Source: Candidatus Marinacidobacterales bacterium (GTDB taxonomy: Bacteria > Acidobacteriota > Vicinamibacteria > Marinacidobacterales > SMYC01). Taken from it: a DNA stretch of 64,000 nucleotides. This document shows, piece after piece, positions 39,643 through 49,717 of this stretch. Where the stretch lies: assembly GCA_965224085.1 (NCBI GenBank), contig CBDCYI010000004.1, positions 1,600,001-1,664,000 of the forward strand. The letters run 5' to 3'. Both the position numbers and the translations under genes were made by a program. The notes under the pieces are model-generated. The model saw nothing but the letters and a program-made list of their open reading frames with translations, had not been told where the DNA came from and made no database searches. Position 1 is the stretch's first letter; every line of letters starts with the position of its first letter.

Positions 39643-41243
39643 AGCGGACAGCCGTTGTCCTGAGCGTGCTCCTTCTTGCTTCTGCGTGCTCGCAATATCG
39701 GGCCGCCCGCGCGAAATGGAAAGTGCCGCATATCGTTCTCGTCTCTCTCGACACGCTCCATGTAAACTGGACCGGCCCGTACAATCCGGATGTGCAGACG
39801 ACGCCATTTCTCGATCGCTTTGCCGCGGAAGGTATTCGTTTCGAGAACGCCTATACCCCAACGCCAATTACACTTCCGTCTCATGCCGCGCTCATGACGG
39901 GCGTCACGCCGCCGAGCCTCGGCGTGATGGCGAATGGCGACTATCTGCCGGACGAAGCGACCACACTAGCCGAAATTTTGCGAGAAAACGGCTACCGCAC
40001 TGCGGGATTCACCTCCCTCGGCGTGCTTCAAGCTCACTTCGGAACGCGACAGGGCTTCGAAAACTATCACGACCCGTTCGTCGAGGGCCCGGTTCGCTGG
40101 TATCGCTGGGCTCATGAGATCTTTGGCCCCGTGAAGAAATGGCTCGAGGAGAAACACGGCGAGCCTTTCTTTCTATGGGTTCATTTTTCCGATCCGCACG
40201 AGCCCTATGTGACGGCCAAAGCGCCTCCCGATTCCGAGCTGTGGCTCGATAACGAGCTTCTCGGGCGCTATAACCTGCAAAGCGTCGAAGAGCATACGGT
40301 TCGCGTGTCATTGCCTCCGGGAGAGCACCGGCTGCGCTGGGTGTCGTTGCGCGAGCCCAAAGAAAACGATCGTCCCGAGACCGCACTCAACCTGCTACTC
40401 CTCTCGCTGGACGTCCTCCGGCCTCACACCGATACGTTGACGGAGGAACGCATTCCGTTGACGCCTTCTTTCGACATGACGCTGAGCGGAAAAAGCGAGA
40501 CGGTCGAGCTCGAGCTCGTCTTCGTGGGCAGTCTGGCGCGGCCGACCGAGGACGACGTGCTCCCCGCCTACGAGGCGAACGTCGCCTATACCGATCGCTT
40601 CGTCGGTGAGCTCGATGCCCTTTTGGAGACCCATGGCATCCGCGACGATACGTTGGTCGTCATCGTCTCCGATCACGGGGAGGGGTTGTACAACCACACC
40701 ATCCTGGGCCACTCGGCGCATGTTTACGAAGACCAGTTGCGCATCGTCTGGATGATGCGCGGCCCGGACCTCCCCCGAGGCGAAGTCATCCGAAATCGGG
40801 CCGGCCTGATTACGGATGTCGCCCCCACGATTCTAGACATGCTGGATCTTCCCCAAGACAACATGGAAGGGCAGTCCTGGGCGGGTTGTTGGACGCGCGA
40901 CGAATGCCCCGATACCGTGCCCTGGTGGTCCTACGGTTTGTCGCATGAGACGCGCGGGCTGACGGGCATGGCGTCTTATCATTGGCCCTACAAGTGGCTA
41001 TGGCGGCGCGGCTTCAAACGGATTGCTTTCGATGTCTCGCGAGATCTCTGGGAAACCGAGAACCTTCTCGAGGGTCCGGACCCACACAACCCGGAGCCGC
41101 TCAAAGATGCCGCCGAGAGCTTCCGCGCCGAGCGCCGCCGACTCGCGAATGTGCTCGAAGAGACGCGCGATAAAAAGCCGGCCAATGCGAACGAGGAGCT
41201 TTTGCGGAGCCTCGGGTACATCGGGGGATCCGTAAAACGCTGA
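39639..41243 (+). CDS. Sulfatase-like (alkaline phosphatase superfamily) lipoprotein
   Basis: LDTL, TLPSHAALMTG, DPHEPY, SDHGEG and LRSLGY motifs. Confidence 0.85.
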   Translation: MKRTAVVLSVLLLASACSQYRAARAKWKVPHIVLVSLDTLHVNWTGPYNPDVQTTPFLDRFAAEGIRFENAYTPTPITLPSHAALMTGVTPPSLGVMANGDYLPDEATTLAEILRENGYRTAGFTSLGVLQAHFGTRQGFENYHDPFVEGPVRWYRWAHEIFGPVKKWLEEKHGEPFFLWVHFSDPHEPYVTAKAPPDSELWLDNELLGRYNLQSVEEHTVRVSLPPGEHRLRWVSLREPKENDRPETALNLLLLSLDVLRPHTDTLTEERIPLTPSFDMTLSGKSETVELELVFVGSLARPTEDDVLPAYEANVAYTDRFVGELDALLETHGIRDDTLVVIVSDHGEGLYNHTILGHSAHVYEDQLRIVWMMRGPDLPRGEVIRNRAGLITDVAPTILDMLDLPQDNMEGQSWAGCWTRDECPDTVPWWSYGLSHETRGLTGMASYHWPYKWLWRRGFKRIAFDVSRDLWETENLLEGPDPHNPEPLKDAAESFRAERRRLANVLEETRDKKPANANEELLRSLGYIGGSVKR

Positions 41244-41273
41244 TCTAAAAGCGCAACGCAGAGCCACAAAGCT

Positions 41274-41349
41274 GCGAAGGCGCAACAAAAAAGAAAAGAA
41301 GAGAAAAGATCTCGAGATGCATAGACTACAGATTCCTTTGCGCCTTCGC
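41274..41349. repeat. 12-bp perfect inverted repeat between convergent genes
   Basis: GCGAAGGCGCAA (41274-41285) and TTGCGCCTTCGC (41338-41349). Confidence 0.7.
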
Positions 41350-41360
41350 TTTACGGTTTC

Positions 41361-42649
41361 TTAATTTTGATCTTTCGGAGAATTGGGTTCAGTTTTCTCG
41401 AGGCTTTCTATAATCTCTGCTTGGATCGCTTTCGCCTTTTCCAGGATCTCTTCGGTGTTCACCGTTCGGACGCGGCCGCCTTGGACGACGATGCGGCCGT
41501 TTACGAGCACAGTATCGACGTGACTTCCCTTGATCGCGTAGACGAGGTGCGAATAGACGTCGTAGAGCGGCGTCAACGACGCCTCGCGAGTGTCGATGAG
41601 CACGATGTCGGCGAGCTTGCCCGCTTCGAGCGAGCCGATGCGGCCGCGCTGTCCATCTCCTCGAACATGTCGAGATTGTTGTTGCTCGCGGGTCCGTCCG
41701 TTCCGAGACCGACGGAAATGCCTGCCGCGAGAAGCTCGGGAACGGGTGAGAGACCCGATGCGGTCTTCATGTTACTCTCGGGATTGTGCGTTGTTCCGGC
41801 GCCGCCCTTTTGGATGCGCTCGATGTCCTCCTCCGAGAGCCAAATTGCATGATGCAGGATCGTTTCTTTCGTCAGAATGCCGGCATCGTCGAGAGCATGG
41901 ATTGTACGTTTGCCGAGCTTTTCGATCATTTGATCATTTTCCTCAGGCGGCTCGACGGCGTGGATTTGAAGCGGCACGCCATGTTTGACTGCAAGGGCGT
42001 GCGCTCTTTTCACGACCTCGAGTGGCGTCGTGTAGAGCGCGTGCGGCGCCACCGACGGGACGACCAGCGGATGGTCCTTGAAGCGCTCGATGAAGGCTTC
42101 CGCGCCGGCGAGGGCTTCTTCGGGCGTTTTGTAGTCCGGTGCGGGGAAGCCGATGACGGATTGGCCGAGGACACCGCGAATCCCTAATGTCTCGGTCGCG
42201 CGAGCCACCTCCTCTTCGAAGTAGTACATGTCTGCGTAGGTCGTCGTTCCACTGAGCGCCATCTCGACCCCACCGAGCATGGTTCCCCAATAGACGAATT
42301 CCGGCGAAACATTCCTCGACTCCGCGGGAAAGATGTAGTTTTGGAGCCATTCGAGAAGGCTCAGATCGTCAGCGATACCCCGAAGAAGTGTCATCGCCGC
42401 GTGGCCATGAGCGGTGACGAGCCCCGGGATGACGAGATGGCCGTCCGCGTGGATTGTTTGCCGCGCTCGTGGCCGCTGGTCGTGAGGCGAGAGCACCGTT
42501 GTGATTTGACGGCCCCGGATCGCGATCGCACCGCCTTCGACAACCCGCATGTCACCGTCCATCGTCACGATGGTGCCGCCCTGAATAATCAGGTCGACAG
42601 GCTCCTGCGCCGCCGCGAGAAAAAGAGCTAGGAGGAGGGGGGCCGTCAT
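41361..42649 (-). pseudogene. MTA/SAH deaminase-like amidohydrolase with internal deletion at about 41642
   Basis: HGH, HNPESN and GTDG..NNLDMFEEM motifs, then a jump to another frame at RIGSLEAGKLADI. Confidence 0.8.
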
Positions 42650-44403
42650 ATCGTCTCCATTTCTATCGTGCGCAATCGATTGAAGCTCGCGGCGACCTCG
42701 AAACGGCGCGGGCGGGCAAAATTTCCGGGATGCTCGAACGCGCGCTGGAAAGGCCCCGCAGGCGGGATCTTCGACGCGAGCACGTCGAGCCCTTCCTTGT
42801 CGAAGAGCGCATCGAGCGCGTCCATGATGTCGGCCAAGCAGGTCGCGTCGGACCGAAGACGCTTAGCCGCGAGAACCATGGCATATCCTACGGCGCGGGT
42901 CTGGCTCGCGTCCACGAGTTGCTCCAAAGCGCGCAGATCGATGGTCTCCTCTCCAAAGAGAAGTTGATCGCGCCCGCGGGCCTCGACTCGGACGTCGCGA
43001 CGCCCTCTAGACGCATCGACGGAAGCCGGCATGAAGCGTCGATTCTTCGCGAGCGTGAGCGGCGAGTCCGATTCCACCGTACGGCCTGTCGGCTGGCGAG
43101 ACGCGATGGCCTTGGCCTCTGCGGTAGCGTCTTCGGGGAGGTAGTCCATCATTCTTATGACCGTATCGGCAGGCTCGAAGTAGTCCCCGGACCCGCCCAT
43201 CACGAGGACGGTCGACACGCCCAAGCGCTCATAGAGCTCGCGCACCCGATCGAGGAAGGGAAGGATGGGCTCGTGCTCTTTGGTCACGAGCGCCTGCATA
43301 CGGGCGTCCCTTACGAGGAAGTTGGTAGCCGACGTGTCTTCGTCGAGCAGCAGCACGCGCGCGCCCACTTCGAGAGCTTCCATGATGCTGGCCGCCTGGC
43401 TCGTGCTGCCGCTCGCGTCCTCACTCGAGAAAGACGAAGTGCTGCGGCTCATCGGAAGGTGTTGGATGAAAGGGCTAATATCGACATTCGCCACCCGGCG
43501 ACCGTCCTCTGAACGGATCTTGACGGCGTCGTCGCGACATACGACATATTCGCGCCCGTCGCCCGGGATGTGCGGGTAGACGCTGCGCTCGATCGCATTC
43601 ACGATCGTGCTCTTGCCATGGTAGCCCCCGCCGACGATGAGGGTCATGCCTTCGGGAACGCCCATGCCTTCGATTTCCGTTGCGCCGTCGTCTCGCGGGT
43701 GCAGCAGCGGGAGCCGTGTGCGAAACGCCGCCGGGGCCCGGAAGGGAACCGCGTCTCGCATGGGGCGGTCGGAGGCGCCGCTTTCGCGCGGCAAGACCGC
43801 ACCCTCGGCGACGAAAGCCACGAGCTTTCTCTCGGCGAGCGCGCCGCGCAAGTGCTCGTAATTCTCGACCGTGTCGACGAAAGCTATCGCCTCGCTAGAA
43901 TCGAGGTTTTGCCAACGCAGGGAGGCGTCGACGATCTTCGGGAGCACGGTCAACAAGAGCTCTTGCGCATGCCTTCCCGAGATGGTGCGGCCGGCGGCGG
44001 GTAGGCCGAGCTCGATGCGTGCTTCGACCCATTCTTTTGTGACGACGACCGCGGTGCGCTCGAGGACTTCTTGAGCACCAGCGTCGATGGTGATGAGCCC
44101 GCTTTTGCCCGTGCCGCGACGCGTGCCGCTCGGGATCGCCGTCGACAGCGCGCGCCCGAGAAAATCTTCGAGCGCAAGACGCCGCACGCGATTGTCGAAC
44201 AGATGAGACGGGATCTCCGCGACCGATTGCGCGAGCCGAAGGCGCATCTTGGATGGCGCGGCGAAAGGGTCGCCTTGCACGTGATCGATGAAGAGCGTCC
44301 ACGTGTCGAAGCCGTAGGCGCCGGTGAGCTGCTTGTAGGCTTTATATCCCCGGCCGTGGATCTTTCGCAGCGTCTCACTCAGATCGGAGGCGCTGCGACT
44401 CAT
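42646..44403 (-). CDS. Predicted ABC-class ATPase (COG3044-like)
   Basis: [30 protein letters not shown] and DEDTSATNF motifs. Confidence 0.88.
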   Translation of the reverse strand: MSRSASDLSETLRKIHGRGYKAYKQLTGAYGFDTWTLFIDHVQGDPFAAPSKMRLRLAQSVAEIPSHLFDNRVRRLALEDFLGRALSTAIPSGTRRGTGKSGLITIDAGAQEVLERTAVVVTKEWVEARIELGLPAAGRTISGRHAQELLLTVLPKIVDASLRWQNLDSSEAIAFVDTVENYEHLRGALAERKLVAFVAEGAVLPRESGASDRPMRDAVPFRAPAAFRTRLPLLHPRDDGATEIEGMGVPEGMTLIVGGGYHGKSTIVNAIERSVYPHIPGDGREYVVCRDDAVKIRSEDGRRVANVDISPFIQHLPMSRSTSSFSSEDASGSTSQAASIMEALEVGARVLLLDEDTSATNFLVRDARMQALVTKEHEPILPFLDRVRELYERLGVSTVLVMGGSGDYFEPADTVIRMMDYLPEDATAEAKAIASRQPTGRTVESDSPLTLAKNRRFMPASVDASRGRRDVRVEARGRDQLLFGEETIDLRALEQLVDASQTRAVGYAMVLAAKRLRSDATCLADIMDALDALFDKEGLDVLASKIPPAGPFQRAFEHPGNFARPRRFEVAASFNRLRTIEMETI

Positions 44404-45710
44404 GCGCGAGCATCCGCACGCTTAGCCGCGTCCTGGCCTTCTTCAACGTCGACTTGGGTGAGTAGCGCGGTGCCGACGACAAAGAAGAACACGAGCGCGA
44501 GAATGGCGAGACGGCCGCCGCCGGTCCAGTCCGCGACGATGGCAAAGACGAGTGGCCCGATGATGTTGCCGAATTTTCCACTCACGCTATAAAAGCCGAA
44601 GAACTCGGACGATTTGTATTGCGGCACCATCGTCGTGAAGAGCGAGCGGCTCAGCGCTTGGCTTCCGCCTTGAACGAGCGCGAGTGCAACAGCGAGCGCC
44701 CAGAAATGCCAGGGCTCGGTCATGAAATAGCCGAAGATCGAGATCGCCGTATAGACGAGGAGTGCGAGGTAGATCCCGTTTTTGGCACCGATGCGTGCGG
44801 CCAGCGCGCCGTAAGCAAAAGTCGCCGGGATACCGAGGAACTGGACGAGAAGCAACGCTCCGATGAGATGGGACGACCCGATACCGATCTCGGTTCCATA
44901 GGCTGCCGCCATCTTGATGATCGTGTTGATGCCGTCGTTATAGAACCAGAAGGCGAGCAGGAAGACGAAAAGGTGCCGGTACTGCCGTATCTCGGCGAAG
45001 GTATCGAAGACGCGTTTGAAACCGACCCGTAGGGGATTCATCGCCGCGCTCTCATTGATTTCGAGACGCCGCTCCGGTTCGGAGACGCCGCGGAGGATGG
45101 GGATGGTAAACACGACCCACCAGAGCGCGACGCTCAAAAACGCCCATCGGGTCGCCTCGGCCGCGTCGGCGAAGCCGAAGCTCTCGGGCCACATCGTCCA
45201 GGCGAGCTGGAATGCGAGAAGAAGGCCGCCACCGAGATAGCCGATGGCGTAACTCGCAGTGGAGACGCGATCGATCTCGCTCGGCCGGGCCACGTGCGGG
45301 AGCAAAGACTCCCAGAAGACGTTGCCGGAGGCGAAGCCGATATTGCCGATGACGAACGCGGCCGAGGCGAACAGCCAATTTCCCTCGGTAGCGAAGAAGA
45401 GGAGAAACGACCCGCTGGCGCCGATGAGAGCGAAGGCCGCGAGAAACTTTTTCTTCGCGCCGAGAAAATCCGCTCCGGCGCCGAGGAAAGGTGACGTCAG
45501 CGCGATGATGAGAAGCGCGAATGCTTGCGTGTAGCCCCAATAGGCGGTGCGGTCGGCTTCGAGTAGCGTCGTGCCCGAGACGTTCAAGTAGTAAATGGGC
45601 AAAAGGGCGCCCATGATGGTCGTAGCGAAAGCAGAGTTCGCCCAGTCATAAGACGCCCAGGCTAGGAGCTCCTTGCGGTGAAGGCCGAGGCTTTCGAGCC
45701 AACGCGTCAT
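44400..45710 (-). CDS. MFS transporter, UMF1/Atg22 family
   Basis: [11 protein letters not shown] and [17 protein letters not shown] motifs. Confidence 0.9.
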   Translation of the reverse strand: MTRWLESLGLHRKELLAWASYDWANSAFATTIMGALLPIYYLNVSGTTLLEADRTAYWGYTQAFALLIIALTSPFLGAGADFLGAKKKFLAAFALIGASGSFLLFFATEGNWLFASAAFVIGNIGFASGNVFWESLLPHVARPSEIDRVSTASYAIGYLGGGLLLAFQLAWTMWPESFGFADAAEATRWAFLSVALWWVVFTIPILRGVSEPERRLEINESAAMNPLRVGFKRVFDTFAEIRQYRHLFVFLLAFWFYNDGINTIIKMAAAYGTEIGIGSSHLIGALLLVQFLGIPATFAYGALAARIGAKNGIYLALLVYTAISIFGYFMTEPWHFWALAVALALVQGGSQALSRSLFTTMVPQYKSSEFFGFYSVSGKFGNIIGPLVFAIVADWTGGGRLAILALVFFFVVGTALLTQVDVEEGQDAAKRADARA

Positions 45711-45712
45711 TC

Positions 45713-46162
45713 TCAGTCGCTTGTTTCGAGTGCCGCGATGGCATCCCGGACGCTTTCAGGTATGGGCGCTTTCTTCTTTGCGTGATAGTCGTAGGCGACG
45801 ATGAGCCCATCGCCGTCAGCGGCCGTCTTCGCGTGGGTCTCGCTCACGATGCTGTAGCGCATTGTGAAGCGATCCTCTTTCACTTCGCGCACGCTCGCCC
45901 CGACAAAGATGCGATCGGGGTAGGTTAGGGGGATGCGGAAACGGCAGGTGGTCGTCGCGAGGATGGGCCCGACGCCGCCATTCTTCATCTCTTCGAGAAA
46001 ACCGACCCGCTCGAAATAGGCGATCCGGGCGCTCTCGAAATAGCGGAGGTAAACGATATTGTTGACATGCCCCATCGAATCCATCTCGCCCCAGGCGACC
46101 GGGACCTCGATGATGAGAGGGAAATACTCGCGTAGAGTTTCGAGCTCGCTCACTCGATCCAT
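45713..46162 (-). CDS. Acyl-CoA thioesterase (4HBT family)
   Basis: [23 protein letters not shown]. Confidence 0.92.
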   Translation of the reverse strand: MDRVSELETLREYFPLIIEVPVAWGEMDSMGHVNNIVYLRYFESARIAYFERVGFLEEMKNGGVGPILATTTCRFRIPLTYPDRIFVGASVREVKEDRFTMRYSIVSETHAKTAADGDGLIVAYDYHAKKKAPIPESVRDAIAALETSD

Positions 46163-46950
46163 CCTCTAAGCCGGTACACGAGAAGACCTACGTGCTCGTG
46201 CACAAGCATGGGGAAGGCCCGAAGACGATGGTCGCCGCGCCAATTGTCGTGGAGATTTCCGTAATCGAACGTCGTTTCCTGCGCGGGCACCGAAGTCACA
46301 CGGATGTTCTGAGCCTCGAGAGCGGCCGCAGCCCGACGCGTGTGACTCGGTGACGAGACGACGAGGAGATGCTCGAACCCGAAATCACGCGCGGCTTCGG
46401 CGACGGCGATGGCCTCGTCGTGGGTGCTGCGGACGGGGCCCACGCTCACGATCTCGTAGTCGAGCCCGAAGCGATTCATGAACTCACAGGCCGCGCTCCG
46501 GTAAGACGGCCCATGAGGAAGCTCGGGCAAGATGAGACGCGGAGCCCAACCCTCTGCGAGGAGCTCGAGCCCTCTCAGCAAGCGGCTCATCGCCGCTGTC
46601 GAAAACTCACCATCCTGCTGTAAGTAAGACGCGAGGACGAATACGGCGTCGGCCTTTCGCAGTGCGTCACGTCGCTCGAGGCCTCGCGCCATCCACGTCG
46701 TCAACGGTGTGAACGCGGCGGCGGACCACAAGATGGCAAGCGACAGCACGCCCCATCCGAGCAGGCCTCGAAGACGTGTTGGCCAAAGGGCCGCGCCTAC
46801 GAGAGCGGCGCTGGCTGCAACGAGACTGCGATCGCCCCAAAAGGAGACCACGGTGGTCAAGTCGAGATCTTTAATAAGGATACCGGCCAAGAGTCCATAG
46901 CAAGCGCCAGTTAGAACCTCTTTCCACACGGCGCGTCTAGGCTCAGCCAC
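46150..46950 (-). CDS. YdcF/DUF218 family protein
   Basis: ADAVFVL, STHDEA, VSSPSHTRRA and HEHVGL motifs. Confidence 0.85.
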   Translation of the reverse strand: MAEPRRAVWKEVLTGACYGLLAGILIKDLDLTTVVSFWGDRSLVAASAALVGAALWPTRLRGLLGWGVLSLAILWSAAAFTPLTTWMARGLERRDALRKADAVFVLASYLQQDGEFSTAAMSRLLRGLELLAEGWAPRLILPELPHGPSYRSAACEFMNRFGLDYEIVSVGPVRSTHDEAIAVAEAARDFGFEHLLVVSSPSHTRRAAAALEAQNIRVTSVPAQETTFDYGNLHDNWRGDHRLRAFPMLVHEHVGLLVYRLRGWIE

Positions 46951-47080
46951 GCGGAGAGTCTACTCGATCCGCGGAGAAACTTGGCGAGCCCACGTTCGAG
47001 AGAGCGGTCTTGGCCGAAGAGAATGATTGCTTCTGCCAAGGACCGAGCATTGGCCGCTTCGGGGATCGCCCCAGTGCTCG

Positions 47081-47225
47081 CGAAACCACGGATTCCTGCT
47101 CGAGCATTCAGGGTGGTCGCTGGCCCCCGCCTACGCCATGAATCCCAACCATCATGGCGCTTTGCTGAGGCTCAATATCTCCGAGACCGACAACACGCAG
47201 GACCTAGAACTGGCAAGGGAGGTCT
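47081..47225 (+). pseudogene. HipA-like kinase C-terminal remnant
   Basis: RNHGFLLEHSGWSLAPAYAMNP..LNISETDNTQDLELAREV. Confidence 0.7.
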
Positions 47226-47237
47226 ACGCTCGGATAT

Positions 47238-48209
47238 CTACCGAATCGCGAAGCAATAGAACAAACCGTCGCCGCCAGAGGCTCGAAAATCTTTCTGGCT
47301 GCAGCCTTGCGACGCGTGCGCGGAGCTCCACGACGAGCCGTTCTCGCCGCCCCCCTCCCGGTCGTGGTGGCCGACGACGGCAATCCCATCATTGGCGCTC
47401 GTCCAGTTGTTGCAGTTCTTGCCAACCGCCGCGGTACCGTCCGGCAGCGAGCCGGTCAAGATATCGTGACGGTTGGGCTCGTCGCCTCGTCCGTTCACGA
47501 CGTCTCCTTTCTCGTTCAGCACAGTCATTTTTTCGATTCCGTTATTCGCGTGCAGATCGGCCACCCCTCGGGCCACCAACTGCCCTTTGGCGTTGAACCA
47601 GGGACCGGTCCCGATACGATCGCCGGCATTGACCGCGGGCCGCTCCAAAAAGCTCGTGCTGAGGTAGGCACGCCAGGTTTGATCGGCGGCGGCGACGGCC
47701 TCGGCCAGCTCTTGACAATGTCGATCCGCACCGGCCAAACCTTCCAGATGACCGCCATTGCCTTTCCCTACGCTGGTGAGGAAGAACGACATGCGATTGG
47801 CCGCCGGCGGAATGATGTCCTCCGGCTTCTCCGTGAGGGCGGCCAGGTCGATGAGATATTTAGCTTCCTCACGTTCGAAGACCACGTGTTGGTTTTCGGG
47901 ATCCGAGAAGTGAAACGCAGAACCGTCCGTGAGTTTCGTGGAGTAGAACCCGAAGTGCTCGGGAAAGCTGGCCCTCAACATGGGGGTGATGGTCTGACCA
48001 TCGTCGTCGAAGGCGCTACCGAAGGCGTTCAACGCTCCGCCTCCGGTCTCGCTTGCGTGGCAAGTCGCACACGCGGCGAGCTCGTTCAATAGGAAAGGGT
48101 CGCTTTGAAGCTTCCTTAGAAATTCTTCGCGGGCGTCTGCAGGCGCTGCCAGCCACCCGAGAAAACCAAACAAAAAACAAGTCCGTAGAAGTCGAGTCAT
48201 TTTCCTCAT
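47238..48209 (-). CDS. Secreted CxxCH protein fused to an endostatin/lectin-like domain
   Basis: Signal peptide and CATCH, then FFLTS..GLAGADRHCQ..WRAYLST..HDILTGS..FYCFA. Confidence 0.72.
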   Translation of the reverse strand: MRKMTRLLRTCFLFGFLGWLAAPADAREEFLRKLQSDPFLLNELAACATCHASETGGGALNAFGSAFDDDGQTITPMLRASFPEHFGFYSTKLTDGSAFHFSDPENQHVVFEREEAKYLIDLAALTEKPEDIIPPAANRMSFFLTSVGKGNGGHLEGLAGADRHCQELAEAVAAADQTWRAYLSTSFLERPAVNAGDRIGTGPWFNAKGQLVARGVADLHANNGIEKMTVLNEKGDVVNGRGDEPNRHDILTGSLPDGTAAVGKNCNNWTSANDGIAVVGHHDREGGGENGSSWSSAHASQGCSQKDFRASGGDGLFYCFAIR

Positions 48210-49606
48210 TTCCGAATCCGTGCCTGCGCAATTTTGTTGGCGTCGCCGGCTTTGAAGTAATCCGGCAATGAAGGCTTCGTCTCGCGCAGGATCTCTAGAA
48301 CCGAGCGGCGGTCATCCGCGGACAGATGGGAAAACTGGGCGCCTGGCTGCGGGTTGGTAAGCACGTCGTACAACCTTCGGTAGATCTCAGCTTCGAGGTC
48401 CTCGGACAAAGCGTCAAAGGAGCGGCTATAGACCATATAGCTCAGCGGATAACGAAACAATCGCCGCTCGAGATCGAAATCGCGAAGTGACCGCCCTTTG
48501 GCGTCCCGTGGGCCACGCTCTGGGAATGTCTCGGTAAAGGTAGAGACGCCCTCGAGCGGCTCGGGCAGAGGGACTTCGCCCGCGAAAAACATGTACGCGA
48601 CGAGCGCCTCGATATCGGACGCGAGCTGGGAGCGTTCGAGCGGATCCGCATCGTTCTCGTGCCGTGCGATGCGCTCCTCCCAACTCACTCTCGTGAGGTA
48701 GTTCAGCATCTGCGTCTGGTGCTCGAACGTCATCAGGGCCACGATGTCGCTTACGGGAGCCAAGTAGCCGGACGGATCGAACTTGCCGAAGAGATGAGTT
48801 AGGTTTCGGCCCTGGTCTTCGTCCAGGAGCAAGGGCTGCGCGGGATTGCTCGCTACTGCATTGGACCTGTCTTCTTGCTGTCCGCCGGTCGCGTTGATGT
48901 ACCAGCCGCCCCATCGATCTTGGAGCGGGGTTCGGTGATCCGTGATGATCGCGTCGTCGCGCGCTGGTCTACCGGTGGGTCCGGGAAAGACCGAGCCGAC
49001 GAACCACCCGGGAACCCCCGACGTCGCGGGGCCCAGATGACACTTCAAGCAGACTTGACGCCGTTCGAATCCTTGCTTCGCCAATTTCCGAATATCCGCG
49101 GTGTAGAAAATCGGTCCTATCTCGGGATCGATTGACGCGAGCTCGATCATGTCACTACCGCGTATAAAGGCGAGCGCCACGTCATCATTGAAATAGATCG
49201 CGCGCGGGTTGTCGGGAGCAATCTTCGTTGCTTGGAAACTCGTTTTCGAAAAGACGAGAGCCTGAGAGTCGGTGCGAATGTCCAGATATTCCAGAAGGGC
49301 CGGCAGATAGCCAAGCGCATTTTCTCCGCCGTCGAGCTCGACGGAACCGTTGTGCATAGCCCGGGACAGACGCGCGATAGGGTCGTCCACCGAGCGCTCC
49401 GCATAACGGATGGCGGGGTGGGCGACAGGCAAGTCGGGAAGGTACTCTTGAGCGCACAAAGTGGCCGCAGGGCTGAACACCACGAACGTGCCCAGAACAA
49501 GGAAGCGCCCTAGATTCGCGGTCTTCCGCATCTCGCCTAAGAGCCTCAGGAGCGACAACAGGAGCGACAAGTGGAGCACTATAAGAGGCTCTCTCGCAAA
49601 GGTCAA
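48206..49606 (-). CDS. Secreted mono-heme c protein of unknown function
   Basis: CLKCH, FSKTSFQ, RWGGWY and SDIVALM motifs; AAGGAG RBS before the TTG. Confidence 0.7.
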   Translation of the reverse strand: MTFAREPLIVLHLSLLLSLLRLLGEMRKTANLGRFLVLGTFVVFSPAATLCAQEYLPDLPVAHPAIRYAERSVDDPIARLSRAMHNGSVELDGGENALGYLPALLEYLDIRTDSQALVFSKTSFQATKIAPDNPRAIYFNDDVALAFIRGSDMIELASIDPEIGPIFYTADIRKLAKQGFERRQVCLKCHLGPATSGVPGWFVGSVFPGPTGRPARDDAIITDHRTPLQDRWGGWYINATGGQQEDRSNAVASNPAQPLLLDEDQGRNLTHLFGKFDPSGYLAPVSDIVALMTFEHQTQMLNYLTRVSWEERIARHENDADPLERSQLASDIEALVAYMFFAGEVPLPEPLEGVSTFTETFPERGPRDAKGRSLRDFDLERRLFRYPLSYMVYSRSFDALSEDLEAEIYRRLYDVLTNPQPGAQFSHLSADDRRSVLEILRETKPSLPDYFKAGDANKIAQARIRK

Positions 49607-49717
49607 TTTTGCTCCTTTCTCGTCCCTTGCCGCGATCCGCGATCCTCGCCCGGTTGTCGTGACCCGTCCGATCGCTTACACTAGCCGGGATAGCCAGGCG
49701 GGTTCAAAGGACTAAAA

